Origin: Hormiphora californensis | Lineage: Eukaryota > Animalia > Ctenophora | Direction of reading: 5' to 3' | DNA length: 64,000 bases | NCBI GenBank assembly: GCA_020137815.1 | Contig: CM035352.1 | Coordinates: forward strand, 1,922,001-1,986,000 | Shown: positions 13,324-24,217 of the stretch, piece by piece | Position numbering within the stretch: position 1 is the stretch's first letter | Layout: each line of letters starts with the position of its first letter | Made by a program: the position numbers and the translations under genes | The notes under the pieces: model-generated | The model's database searches: none | The model's input: only the letters and a program-made list of their open reading frames with translations | Told to the model about the DNA's origin: nothing

Positions 13324-15983
13324 CACATTATCATCTTGGACCTTGGTGCAATATTTGTGAGGTAACAGCTTTCACTGTGTTGCCTGCCGCAGAGTGTTTA
13401 TATGGTGATTGATCAGAGCCTACGGTATGCCTCGCTCTCGATAATTCAAGTATGCTAAATCAATTTCAACATTTTAGGAAAGAGGAACAAATCTGCACAA
13501 TACAAGGCCGTGCACTGCTTTAGGATTTGCGCTGATACGGACCTCTGTTCACGGTACCTTAGTAAGGTCTCTGGTGCTGAGGTGAATATGAGGATTAGAA
13601 ACGACAAGAAATCTGAGGTAATTAACTAATCAATTAGTACATATTTTGCTAATTGGTATGATTGCTAATTGAATAATTAGTTAGTAATGTGTTATAACTG
13701 TTTAGATTCTTAGCGTGGAAGCATGGGGAAATAAGCCTGAAGTGCTCCAAGATGTTACGGAAAGTCTGCAGATACCCTTTGACTCGAAAATCTTCAATTG
13801 GAACGGTAAACGGGGGGGGCTGTAACCATGGTTACAAAGAGGGGGTTACCACGGTTACACGTAGGGGGTAACCATGGTTACAAAGAGGAGATCACCATGA
13901 TTACATGTTACAAGTAGAGTTTGCAGATACCGGATACCCATTACCCATTGACTCCATCAACACACATAAAACTCTAGATATCGACACTCTAGGGAAGTTA
14001 GTAACCGACAGCCATTGTATCTATCTGAGTATGCAGCAGAAGAAGAAGGACCCCTTTGTTGAATACAGTGTACAGAATGGGGAAGGATACTTCATGAAAC
14101 ACAGGATAAATAATATTCTGGATTTGAGCAACTACTCTGATATGGCCCGGTCAGCCGAGACACGAGTCATGGAATGGATCAGTGTGAGTAGGATTTGTTA
14201 TGTTCTAACCCTCCCTTTACAGTTTAATTAGGCAAAGTAGGATCATGTCACGTGTTGTGTCCTGTGTATAACACAGTTGGAAAGCTTCCCAAATATTTCC
14301 GATAAAATATCCATTGTAAAACTGCTACTTATTTAGTTAGTATCTGCCCCAAAGAGTTATTTTGATTATTTTCAGACGCTACGAAAGCACTACAACAGAT
14401 TTTCTCACGGTGGCCTCTCTGCCAAGTGTGTATTGGGCCGTTTTGCAGACTTTAGAAACTGTATCATGCCAGACAAGGACAACATCAAGTATGAGAACTC
14501 ATTGACTTCCGAGGGAATGACTTCAAAGCCAAGGCCGATAGAGACTGAAAACCCGAGACTATGTTCTGGACATTGATAATCTATCTGATATGCCCGGTCA
14601 GGACCGAACGCATGTGAGGAGTGATACGTATGGACACGTGTTGGCCTGTATAACACAGTTGGAAAGCTTCCCAAATATTTCGGATGAAATATCCGTTGTA
14701 AAACGTCTGATTTTTTGCTACTTTTTTATTTAGTTTCCAAGAAGAATTTTGATTATTTTCAGACGCTACGAAAGCACTACAACAGATTTTCTCACGGTGG
14801 CCTCTCTGCCAAGTGTGTATTGGGCCGTTTTGCAGATTTTAGAAACTGTATCATGCCAGACAAGGACAACATCAAGTATGAGAACTCATTGACTTTCCGG
14901 GGTAATGACTTCAGAAGTCTCACAGATGCCCTGATACTTGAGAGACTTAGAAAGGAACCCGAGGACGTGTATCGGTTCAGGTACAAGCTGATAATTTGTA
15001 ATTAGATGACAATTATGATGTTAATTCGACCCTCGTAACATTCCTGATTCTGGAACACCCCGCTCGACCCTCTCTTCGTGCCCACAAATGTAAAGGACAA
15101 AAGATGGTTAGAATATAACAACTTGCTCGCTCACACCATGATATTTCTTAACACCCTGTACACCCTGTACTCCTGTAGAATCAGAATGGTGCACAATGAC
15201 GTGCCCATTACGACACATTGGCAGATGAAGGAAGGACAACCTGTCTTCCTCTACCTCTCCTGGTCTCCTCTAGTGTGGGGTGAGATGCACTGTTTTGGGG
15301 ATGCTGATGGACCTCTCGACACCATATTCTCCATCAACTCTGAACCGTGTCTAACTCAGGAGGATTTGGACAAGACAAAACACTGGGGGAAAATACCCGA
15401 ACAAATAAAGGAGTGGCTGGAAATCCCTGATTATACACGCTCAAGTTAGTGTTGGCCATTTTCTGTTTCAGTCATCACACATTTATTGTTTCCAATGTTA
15501 TCAGGGTTACAAGATTAACTAAAAACTGTTTTAGATTCCAAGTTTATTGTTAACTTTAACGAAGCGGGCAGAAATAGGGTGTTCGAAACCAAGACATTTT
15601 GTGAGATATTATCTGAGAAAGTGACTGTCTGGAAAATCCCCGTCAAGGAAACTGCCCGCTTGCAGAAGGTATTTAAATTTGGGATCATCAGCGGCCGGCT
15701 TCGGGTATCGTGACCCTAAGTTAATTATTATCAATCATCCCTTCCTAAACTCACATTAATTAACTAATTAACCTTCACCCAGATGCAAGTTGAGTTTATC
15801 GACCATCACAGGCAGAATGTCCGGTTTTTTAAGAAAGCCAAACAGCAGATCACCAGCAATAAACGAAGCGACTGGGAGGGTAGAATTGTGGAGACTACCC
15901 TACCATACTTTGATAATCGCTCACCAGGACTCCTGAAAGAGTTTTATAACAAATGCATTGCTATTGCACAACTGCAATTATGA
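1..15983 (+). CDS. Eukaryotic RNA-dependent RNA polymerase (RDR/RRF/QDE-1 type), 5'-partial, with ~700-aa C-terminal extension. Exons: <1-52, 1221-1362, 3426-3634, 3752-3871, 3943-4035, 4185-4420, 4577-4709, 5335-5503, 5658-5838, 7668-7778, 7995-8187, 8384-8528, 8797-8877, 11151-11447, 11579-11660, 11894-12010, 12268-12380, 12548-12700, 12821-13068, 13196-13287, 13478-13617, 13706-13805, 13927-14183, 14763-14980, 15179-15444, 15535-15668, 15783-15983
   Basis: Hand-spliced GT-AG exons with matching phases. They encode RdRP hallmark motifs: [18 protein letters not shown]...[85 protein letters not shown] (catalytic DLDGD 5663-5677), [21 protein letters not shown]...LSFAW. Three 1-nt indels (~4316, ~4601, ~5712) need correcting. 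AATAAA at 16024-16029. Confidence 0.95.
353..1151. mobile_element. Non-autonomous DNA transposon in RdRP intron (12-bp TIR, 8-bp TSD)
   Basis: TIR CCCGGTGTCCCA (353-364) / TGGGACACCGGG (1140-1151). Flanking direct repeat ACAAACAC at 345-352 and 1152-1159. Internal ~90-bp inverted repeat (~430-518 vs ~742-829) and repeated ACGCTGAATCACGTGAGCTACT motifs. Confidence 0.85.
1330..1469 (+). repeat. 70-bp tandem duplication of RdRP exon end plus splice donor
   Basis: CTTGGTTTGTCTACGAAG...ACGG|GTGAGT...CCAGGGGCT occurs twice head-to-tail. Confidence 0.9.
1668..2150. repeat. 21-bp minisatellite (GGTCGGTAAGGAGTGTGAACT), about 23 copies
   Basis: Visible tandem array; it explains the repetitive ORFs at 1613-2224, 1647-1895 and 1892-2152. 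Confidence 0.95.
2172..2794 (-). CDS. Secreted F5/8-type-C / F-type-lectin-like (galactose-binding-domain fold) protein nested in an RdRP intron; 3' end uncertain
   Basis: ATG at 2794, signal peptide [20 protein letters not shown]. Exon 2794-2529 has [12 protein letters not shown]...WLKLQL...VSQVAIINR; exon 2463-~2179 ends [11 protein letters not shown]. This is the typical discoidin/fucolectin pattern. A GTAAGT donor at ~2178 suggests a further exon. Confidence 0.75.
3034..3385. repeat. ~90-bp direct duplication flanking a (CT)n microsatellite
   Basis: GGTGTGCCGTGTGCYAAAGCTARTGGTCTTGTCTT...GCAGACAGA at ~3051 and ~3306; (CT)n at ~3163-3246. Confidence 0.8.
5083..5250. repeat. GA-rich minisatellite (GAGATGGAGACAGAGT-like units)
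   Basis: Visible tandem units in RdRP intron. Confidence 0.85.
6208..7098 (-). CDS. Single-exon rhodopsin-class (class A) GPCR, nested in RdRP intron 5839-7667
   Basis: 296 aa with 7 hydrophobic segments; GN in TM1, NLAVADL in TM2, HRM at the DRY position, NPILY in TM7. Confidence 0.93.
   Translation of the reverse strand: MNLRWYSVVFFTITTLFGISGNTLVIYSSVRYNAINLDEVSVMFVRNLAVADLLYTIVGILPPCISSITDSNPFGMEVCGAFYWCKHIFGMISLWTITSITIHRMVLILAPFRSIITPRLALGVLIFLWLLTTGICAIMVKVQRLDFDPIERDCRVSFQKGSGLAELCTIIFVVFVPLITTSICNAFLLGVAVQKRLTPQSGFNYKALITVVTLTSVFLASWSLYLVCTIRNLVSRINESSEYALAESSLICLGVVANPILYTITNRRFYLYVRSLVYKTEEANQDAERGHLIAHT
9307..10754 (-). CDS. Secreted C-type lectin with N-terminal Cys/sushi-like module, nested in RdRP intron 8878-11150
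   Basis: Exon 10754-10694 encodes signal peptide [18 protein letters not shown]. Exon 10568-10383 has VDC...LNC...TC...DC. CTLD exons give [21 protein letters not shown]...WLG and FWPDGT...WVGSEPN...EQC...WNDNKC...CE. EPN plus WND are the mannose-type Ca2+ site motifs. Confidence 0.88.
14130..14915 (+). repeat. Tandem duplication (~390 bp) of an RdRP-extension exon with flanks; first copy garbled at its 3' end
   Basis: The exon starting ACGCTACGAAAGCAC occurs at 14376 and 14763. Copy 1 runs into scrambled sequence and a stop; copy 2 keeps frame to the donor at 14980. Confidence 0.85.
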
Positions 15984-16231
15984 TTATCTTTGTACAATGT
16001 GTGTGTGTGCATGTGTGTCTCTTAATAAATTGTGTTATTTTTTCAAATATTTTAACTAATTTTTACAGAAGATTCTAAATGATATCTTGTTTTATTATGG
16101 TTACAATCAAATCATGGACATCTACTGTACTAACTAGTGATCGAATATCAACTTTTGTACTAGCATTGTTAACACACTAACATACCGTCTCGCGTTAGCT
16201 CTAAATGTTAACACACTAAAATCCCTTGTAG

Positions 16232-16641
<410 letters not shown>

Positions 16642-16674
16642 CAGGTATACAACAGCAGCAGCAACAGTTAGATC

Positions 16675-18130
16675 ATGGGAATCAATAGAAGAAGTGTTAC
16701 GGAAATGCAATTCCGGGGTCTCCTCCAGAAGACCATGGCAATGGATAATGAACATTGGAGGAAGATTCATTTTTATGAGCATCTGCTCAAACTGCACACA
16801 GAGGTCAAGGATGTACCAGGTAATTCCCCCTGGCCACTCTATTTTGTGTGTTTTAGAGGCCTTGACTTGTGATGGTGTGGGGGAAGTGGTTTAGCAGAGA
16901 ATTGTAAAATACAGCGGGTCACCGTGCTTTAGCACTTAGCAGTGAATTGTAAATAAATTAAAATGTCTTTCCCCAGGAATTTCTGCTGATGATCGTGTGT
17001 ATTATGACAAATCGATGAAGGAGCTCTCTGGTTTGATGGAAAATCTAAAAGAAAACCCGTCCCATCTTGAAGAAATAATGAAGAAACGTCGTGAAATTGT
17101 GTAAGCTCAATTGACAATTCATTTGTCTAATTTAAACAAACCTTTGTACCTAGCCAGGTGATAGGAAGTGGTGTTTTTTCTCCTACTAGCTAGATGTAGA
17201 AGTTAGTATCCTGGTAGAGTGCTCGATCCGGGGATGCGGAGAGCTTAACTATTGTGACAAGTGAAAACAAGTTTTTACAAAATCAACAAATGTTTCACGC
17301 AAAGTGTTTTTTCTCCAAAATTCTGTGTCTGTGTGTTTAAAGTTACGTGTTACAGAGAAGAACAACAGAAGTTGAAGTCTCCCCACAAGACCCCGATAAA
17401 GTCCAACATTTCAATCGGCCATACTGCGGTAGATGAGGAGGATGAGGAGGAGGAGTCTAAGGATGTGGCGGAGGTCATCCGAATGCACAAGGAGGTATTA
17501 TTGTTGTTGTCTTAATTTGTGATATTATAATATAAATCCCGATCAGTGAAGCATAAAGTCGGATTTTTTGAAGTTGTCACCCCCCTTTTCGTGCGCGGAA
17601 AGTTTTTGCGCGTCACATCACATGTTAACGTGTGGTGTGCACGTCAAAATTGATAAATTTCACATGCGCGGTCATTTTGGGGTGACAACTTCAAAAAATC
17701 CGACTTTAATTTGAGCTGGAAAGTGGGAACATTCTGTTCCCCCGAATGGCTGTCAATTTGTTCCACTCGCGCGCAGATCCCGCGCGTCTCACTTGTACTG
17801 AAATTGCACCATTTCAGCACTTCAGAATCCCACACCCGTCCGTACTTTCAGAAACAAGCGAAATTAGCGGAACAGATGTTGAGCATGACTTCGAACCTGA
17901 AGCAAGTATCACTTGCCGCTAGAGACATCATTCAGCAGGACAACAAGAAATTGTCTGGAATCCAGGATACTGTTGAAAAGAATTCTACGAAGTTGACTCG
18001 AGAGACGTCCAAGTTGGAGGGGTATAACAAGAGTTCTAGCAAGTGTTGGGTGTGGTCGCTGTTGTTTGTGGTTATGGTTATTTTCATTGTCATGGTAGTA
18101 TTTATCAGACTCTTCCCTAGGAAGAGATAA
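16675..18130 (+). CDS. USE1: ER SNARE USE1 (four exons: 16675-16819, ~16978-17100, ~17356-17494, 17852-18130)
   Basis: C-terminal HKE|KQAKLAEQMLSMTSNLK...IIQQDNKKL...VEKNSTKLTRETSKLE...CWVWSLLFVVMVIFIVMVVFIRLFP is the Use1 SNARE motif plus tail anchor. Confidence 0.9.
17554..17708. mobile_element. MITE (family A) in USE1 intron
   Basis: ~30-bp TIR TAAAGTCGGATTTTTTGAAGTTGTCACCCC / GGGGTGACAACTTCAAAAAATCCGACTTTA with TA ends. Core homologous to 30724-30879. Confidence 0.85.
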
Positions 18131-18545
18131 AGAATGGGGGACAATTATTCTCTTCGTAGTGGTGTTATGTGATTTCAAGTTAGATTTGGGCTAAATGATC
18201 TTATACTTGTTCTTTTAACTTTCTTGACTCGGAATTCCTTTGTTTCTCGACCAATGTCTTCAAACTAAAATTTAATTGGCTCTATAAATTATGCCCTTTC
18301 AGGTAAAAAATTAATATGCAGTTGTATGCTGTCAGGTGAGCATAAAATTATGTTACGCGCAAATATAAAACGCGCGAAAAAGCTTGAATTGTGCGCGTTT
18401 TTTATTTAAAGCCGGTGCAGTGCAGCTTGGGTCACAGTTTTACAGTTTTTTCTTCCTGAGGACTGAGACCCCGGTGTTGGCTTGTTGTTTCTGATTTCGG
18501 ATTTCCCCGCCCGCCCCTCGTGAAAACCGCGGTGTCTGTATCATA

Positions 18546-18767
18546 CAGTGGTCATCCGACATAATTGCCATATCTCGACGTGAACTTCGACGTGGAATTC
18601 GACGAGGAATAGCAGGCGTTTGTAGTTATGAACGCCTGCTGTGCGCGGCACATTGGCACGTGCGGCATGGGCAGCAGGCGTTCATAACTACAAACGTCTG
18701 CTATTCCTCGTCGAATTCCACGTCGAAGTTCACGTCGAGATATGGCAATTATGTCGGATGACCACTG
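18546..18767. mobile_element. Near-perfect foldback MITE (~95-bp arms, CAGTG...CACTG termini)
   Basis: CAGTGGTCATCCGACATAATTGCC...GCCTGCTG is mirrored by CAGCAGGC...GGCAATTATGTCGGATGACCACTG. TA precedes the left end, as in Tc1/mariner elements. Confidence 0.85.
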
Positions 18768-19050
18768 TTATACCAAACCCCCCTCTGCCCCTACTGTTAC
18801 AGTAGTACTGTAAGCTCCTGAGCCCTGGTTGTGGAGGCCCCTGCTCCATAACTGAAAAAACGCGGTTGGGCAAAGGCGCAGAAAAACTCATTAAATATGC
18901 CCGGTTGCCCAGGGAAATCTAAATACTCCTTCCTTGGACACACTCGTGCCAAAATTAACTGTTATGTTTTAGGGGAGCGCAATGCAATCAATTGCCACTA
19001 GTTGTTTTGAGTACAATTGATTTCTACCTGATTTAACCTCTCATATTAAG

Positions 19051-20310
19051 ATGAGTCTGCTGATCAAGAATGCTCGACAAATTGTCCTGGTTTGTGATAA
19101 GATGCAGCCGCACCTGACTGCCCAGGAAATACCTTCAGCTTTTAAAGTGCTTGAAAATGCATCCATCGCTGTTGACAAGAATGGAAATATTGAGAAAGTC
19201 GCTGCTCAGCCTGTAAACGAAAGTGATTTCGATTCAGTAATTGACGCCTCTGGTATGTGCATCATTCCTGGGTTAGTTGACGGACATACCCACCCAGTAT
19301 GGGCTGGAGATAGAGTCCACGAGTTCGCGATGAAGTTGAAAGGTGCCTCCTATATGGATATCCACAAGGCAGGTGGCGGGATTGGGTTTACGGTCCGAAA
19401 AACACGAGAAGCAAGCGAAGAGGATTTACTGGAAAGTTTTGTTGGGAGATTGAAGCTGATGGCAAGACACGGTTCAACAACTGTCGAGTGTAAATCCGGT
19501 TATGGACTAGATACCGAAACGGAGTTAAAAATGTTGCGAGTCATGGAAAAAGCTAAGGCCCTCCAAGCCCTTGACATATCTGTGACATACTGCGGAGCCC
19601 ATAGCATTCCAACGGGGATGAATGAGCGAGAAGCAACAGATGACGTTTTGAATAACCAGATTCCTGCAATACTTGCTGCAACAGCGAATGGTGAAGTATC
19701 CGTTGACAACATAGATGTAGTTCTGTGAAAAAGGAATTTTTGAGACAGGCTGCACTAAAGAGATATTGGAGAAAGGAAAAGCTCAGGGACTGGCAGATAA
19801 ATTTCCATGCTGAGGAGTTAAACTACATTGGAGGAGTTGAAATGGGGGTTGAGGTTGGTGCCACTGCAGTTAGTCACCTCGAAGAGATTTCAGATGCCGC
19901 TATTTCTCTGATGGCAGAACACAAAACGAAGGCATGTAATTCTCCCCACCACAGCTTGGCTACTAAAACTAAAACCTCCCCCTGTCCGGGCAATGTTGGA
20001 TGCTGGAGTAGTGGTCGCCCTGGGAACCGATTTCAACCCCAACGCTCACTGCATGTCCATGCTACGGATCATGAACATGGCATGTGTTGAGTATAGGATG
20101 ACCATGGAGGAAGCGATCGTGGCCGCTACTCTCAACTCTGCAGCAAGTGTGGGGTTGGCGGGTAAGACTGGGTCTATCGAACCAGGGAAGTGGGCTGATT
20201 TGGTGTTGTTGAGGGTTCCCTCCTGGGAGCACTGCATATATCAGATGGATGCTAGTGATGCTATAGCCTTTGTTATAAAGAAAGGAAAGGTTATCTACAG
20301 CGGAAAATAA
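19051..20310 (+). CDS. AMDHD1: Imidazolonepropionase (HutI), intronless, two apparent frameshift errors
   Basis: PGLVDGHTHPVWAGDRVHEF, TTVECKSGYGL, INFHAEEL, SHLE, ALGTDFNPN, GSIEPGKWADLV, spread over three overlapping ORFs. Shifts near 19720 and 19940. Confidence 0.95.
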
Positions 20311-20595
20311 AATTCTAACGATCGTATTTTCTCGAGATTTCCGTGCAATATGAGTGTTTTTAACATTATTTTATGGGTTTTATTTTCAAAAAGATATGTT
20401 TCTGTATATTTCGAGTTTGCGAGTTTTTAAGGCGACGAATTTTTGTAAGAAAAGTTTATGTATTATGCATGATCAATTTTTTGTGTTAAAAAGATGTTCT
20501 AAACAATATTCCATGTCTACATCTTGATCCTATTCGAGTCATAGAACATGATTTATCTGCAACAGAATAAACACCCATTCTTCTCTTTTTTAGAC

Positions 20596-23500
20596 ATGTG
20601 GCAGGGTTTTGAACAGGAGCCAGCGACAGTAGATTGGGCAGCACGGGCAGCACAATGGGCAGCAAACCGTCAAAATGATGGTAATCCCCCTTCCACCGAT
20701 GCTGTACCCATGATACCAGACCAGCAACCCCCGCCACCAATCTTGAACAGCCATACCAAGAGCCATATCTAGAACAGGAGCAGCATTATAACTATCCTAC
20801 TGAACAGCCTCCTCCCCCGCCCATGGGTGGTGGTGGTCCAAATGGTGTCCAAGTTCCACCCCCAGGGCCCCCTCAGGGTCGCCCACCGGGAACTGTTCGT
20901 CTCATGCAGGGTGTCCGAGATTTCCAACCTCCCGGAGGTGGGAGATACCCCTCTCCTAACCAGCAGTTTCAACAGTTCCCCGAGCAGGGAAACTATAATA
21001 CTAGAGCCCCATTCCGGCCCCGGCCACCTCCCCTAAATGGTAACAGATATAACAATCGTGTTCCGCCACCCCGACCTCCAGCACCACCTCGGGACGAGGA
21101 TGACATGGAGCTAGAGGGAGATGAGTACAATCAATACAACCAGGTACCGTGTCAGTGTGTACAGGGTGGTGTCATAATTTATGGACCACCCGGTATATAT
21201 CCAAACACATTGTAGGGTGTTGTGTTTGTTAGTAGTGTGAATTTGTCCGTGTTATATTGATCCAAGCAGGGCTCTAACATTTTACCTCCCCATCTTGGCG
21301 GTGTTCCATCAGGATCAGGAGCTGGTTCAGCCTTCAATGATAGGTCGGTCTATACAACACACTTCACCCTCTCATATCCCATATATCTAGCATTGCTTTC
21401 CCTTTTGTCTAGCTAACCATCCCCTGCAGAACGTCGGAAAGCCCTTCCCGCTTGGATTAGAGATGGGTTGTCCAAGATGGACAAAAAGAAAAACCAGCAG
21501 CCGGGTGTTAAACAACATGTCACATCACTTGGTGACAGGGGTGCCATAGCAGCGTCACCCGGCCCTGGACGTACCCCAGGTGGTGGTCGTGGTAGTATGG
21601 GGTCGAGTTTTAAAATGCCCGGTAAATCGATCAGTGGGTATACCGCGCTCACGGCTTCTTCCGAGGTAAATAAAACACAACTCAGTTGTTATCGTAGTAG
21701 TATGATGATATACCGGGGCGACCTCGAATTGTACACATTGTAAACACAGCTCAGTTGTTATCTAGTGGGGAACATAATCAGTTGCTATCTAGTATCTAAT
21801 GGGGAATCTAAATCTATAATCAGGCTCAACGATATTTATTATTTATTCATTATAGTAAATTAAAATACAAGTGTTAGCGAAAGGCACTTGTTTCTCTGGT
21901 AAACTAGATCATCAGTTCCAATAAAATAAGACCCTACACAGAAATAGTAATTGTCAAATAGTTGAATCATTTGTCACCTGTGTTGCATTATTTGTTCACA
22001 TCTATCAATATGGAGGTTTGTTCCTAGGCGGTAATATATATTGAAGCACCCTAGGCACCCTAGATTATCTTTGTTATTCTTTATTGTGCAGGTTATTTTA
22101 GCAGTTTTCATCGTCCAACCCCCTAATTCAGAGTGACAGTGATAGAGAGAAGCATGATGAGGAAGAAGAGGAGGAGATTCTGCCTAAAGTCGATCCGGTA
22201 ATTGCTCAATATGAAATGTTGTGCCATTAGTAGTGCCTACAGACTGGTCACCATGTTAATTGTTACTATCACTCTATCACCCTATCTATCACTCAGTAAT
22301 TAGTTTCCTATTGCTCACTACTATCAGTTATCACCCAGTAACTAATTCCTCATTCAGGTTTTGTTTGTCAAGAGATCTCTAACCGAACTACTCCTGGAGG
22401 TTACCGCCACTGAATTGAGGGCTGTTGTGATCGAGTGTATTCAGCAGGAGGAAGGTAAGAAATGGTGGGGTTGGGATCATAGAGGGGGAATCGAGGTATC
22501 GGACCAAGGACGAGGGAAGTAGAGATGTTTGCTACAGTACTTATAATACCCACACTCTGACATGTACACAACATTATAAATTGCCTTCTCTAGTTAATTA
22601 ACACATCCACTCTCCAGCTATTAACTAAAACATACATTCTCTGTTTCAGCAATACGGCAGCTTGATGACTTGTGTAAGCAGAAGGGAACCGTGGAAAATT
22701 CAAGTAAGATCTCGTTTTCTCTTTGTTTTTGTTTATACAGTGGGGGATCCGCGGGAAAAAGAAATTGATTTTCTAAACTAAACTCTTTTCTTCAGATTTG
22801 GTATCCTATGGTGACCAGTCTGACTCCTCCGGATCTTCCTCATCGGACTCCTCGAGCTCCACAACGTCCACCTCCTCTCCAGCAAGGAAAAAAGTGAAAC
22901 GGAAATCTAACTCCTCTGCTGCTGTCGAGAAAAAGATTCCTGAAGAGGAACTGGAGATAAAGAAAAAGGACCTGGAGATAAGGAAAAAGAGTGATAATGT
23001 GGAGAAGAAGAAACTGGATGCAATAGAGAAGGAAAATGAAGAAATAGAAGAGAAAAAGAAGAAAAAGAAGTCACCCTCTCCTCCGGTACGAAGAAAGAGT
23101 ACAAGCACAAAGAAAAAGAGCCCGGAGAGAAAAAGAAACGTTCAACTTCCCGGGAGAGAAAGAAATCAACAGCCTCGGTTCGCTCCTCTCCCCCTCCTCC
23201 TCCCCCAGAGAAAAAGAAATCTAAGTCGGGGGACAAGAAAAAGAAGAAGAAACGCGACAGCAGTAGTTCGAGCACAAGGTCTTCTACTCCTGAAAAGAAG
23301 AAAGTGAGTCGGAGATCACGGAGTAAGGAGAGAAAGGAAAAGAAGAAAGATAAAAGGAAAAGTGTGGATGAAAGAAAGAAGAAGGGCTCTCCTGAAAGGA
23401 AGAGATCAAAAAGTACAGAACGGAAACGATCGAAGAGTGCTGAGAGGAATAGATCGAGGAGCAATGAGAAAAGGAGATCTAGGAGTCTGAGTAAAAGACG

Positions 23501-23666
23501 ATCCCGAAGCAGACGGAGGTCCCGTAAAATGTCAGAACGATCGCCGTCAAGTGAGAAACCACAGAAAGACTCAAAACGAGAAAAGAGAAAGAAGAGTCCA
23601 AAAAGAAAAAAGAAATCAGTTCGTAGTTCGAGTAGTGACTCAACCGATAAAAGAAATCGAAAGTAA
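20596..23666 (+). CDS. PNISR: PNISR (SFRS18)-like arginine/serine-rich splicing factor, multi-exon
   Basis: VDWAARAAQW, RRKALPAWIRDGLSKMDK and KRSLTELLLEVT blocks match the conserved PNISR segments; Pro-rich N-part and RS/K-rich C-terminus. Some indels. Confidence 0.85.
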
Positions 23667-24217
23667 TGTTTTATGATGTTTAATTTTTATTTCTATCTCT
23701 TGAACTGTAAAATCCGTTTAGTCTTGCTCCGTTCTATTTAAAACAACACACCGACAATAGTTCCATGATGGATATGAGCGTACCACTTAACACTTTTTAG
23801 GTTGCCGGCTTGTTGCTGTTTTGCTCTCAGCTCTGTGTTCCGGGTGGCCGGTCCCACTTTTCTCCAAACACTGAGGGGTAGCAACGTAACGCGCGATGCT
23901 CTATCTTCAGATGTTTCGGCGCGCGCGGGGTTTGCGCGAAGAGGTCTGGATTTCTGTTGCCGCGGCCCACACACTTGGTAAATCTGGCGACTAGCAACAC
24001 TAAAATCTTCGAAGGTCCTGGTATTATTCACACGAGACCATCTGAACACAGAACAAGCCAAGGAATTCCGCCATCGACAGGGGCAAGATTTTCTGGAATA
24101 CTTTTACAAACTAAGACTCGTTATCTTGTCACAAGAACTGAATCTATACTACTGTAGATATCACATAGAACAAAAACTAAAAACAAAACCTGTCACACAC
24201 ATGCACAACTAAAATGT

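Noticed and set aside
19700-19960. AMDHD1, SF3A3 or RTCB as pseudogenes or programmed frameshift genes
   Set aside because: Indels are window-wide, lack slippery-site/stimulator structure and hit essential genes; sequencing error is the simpler explanation.
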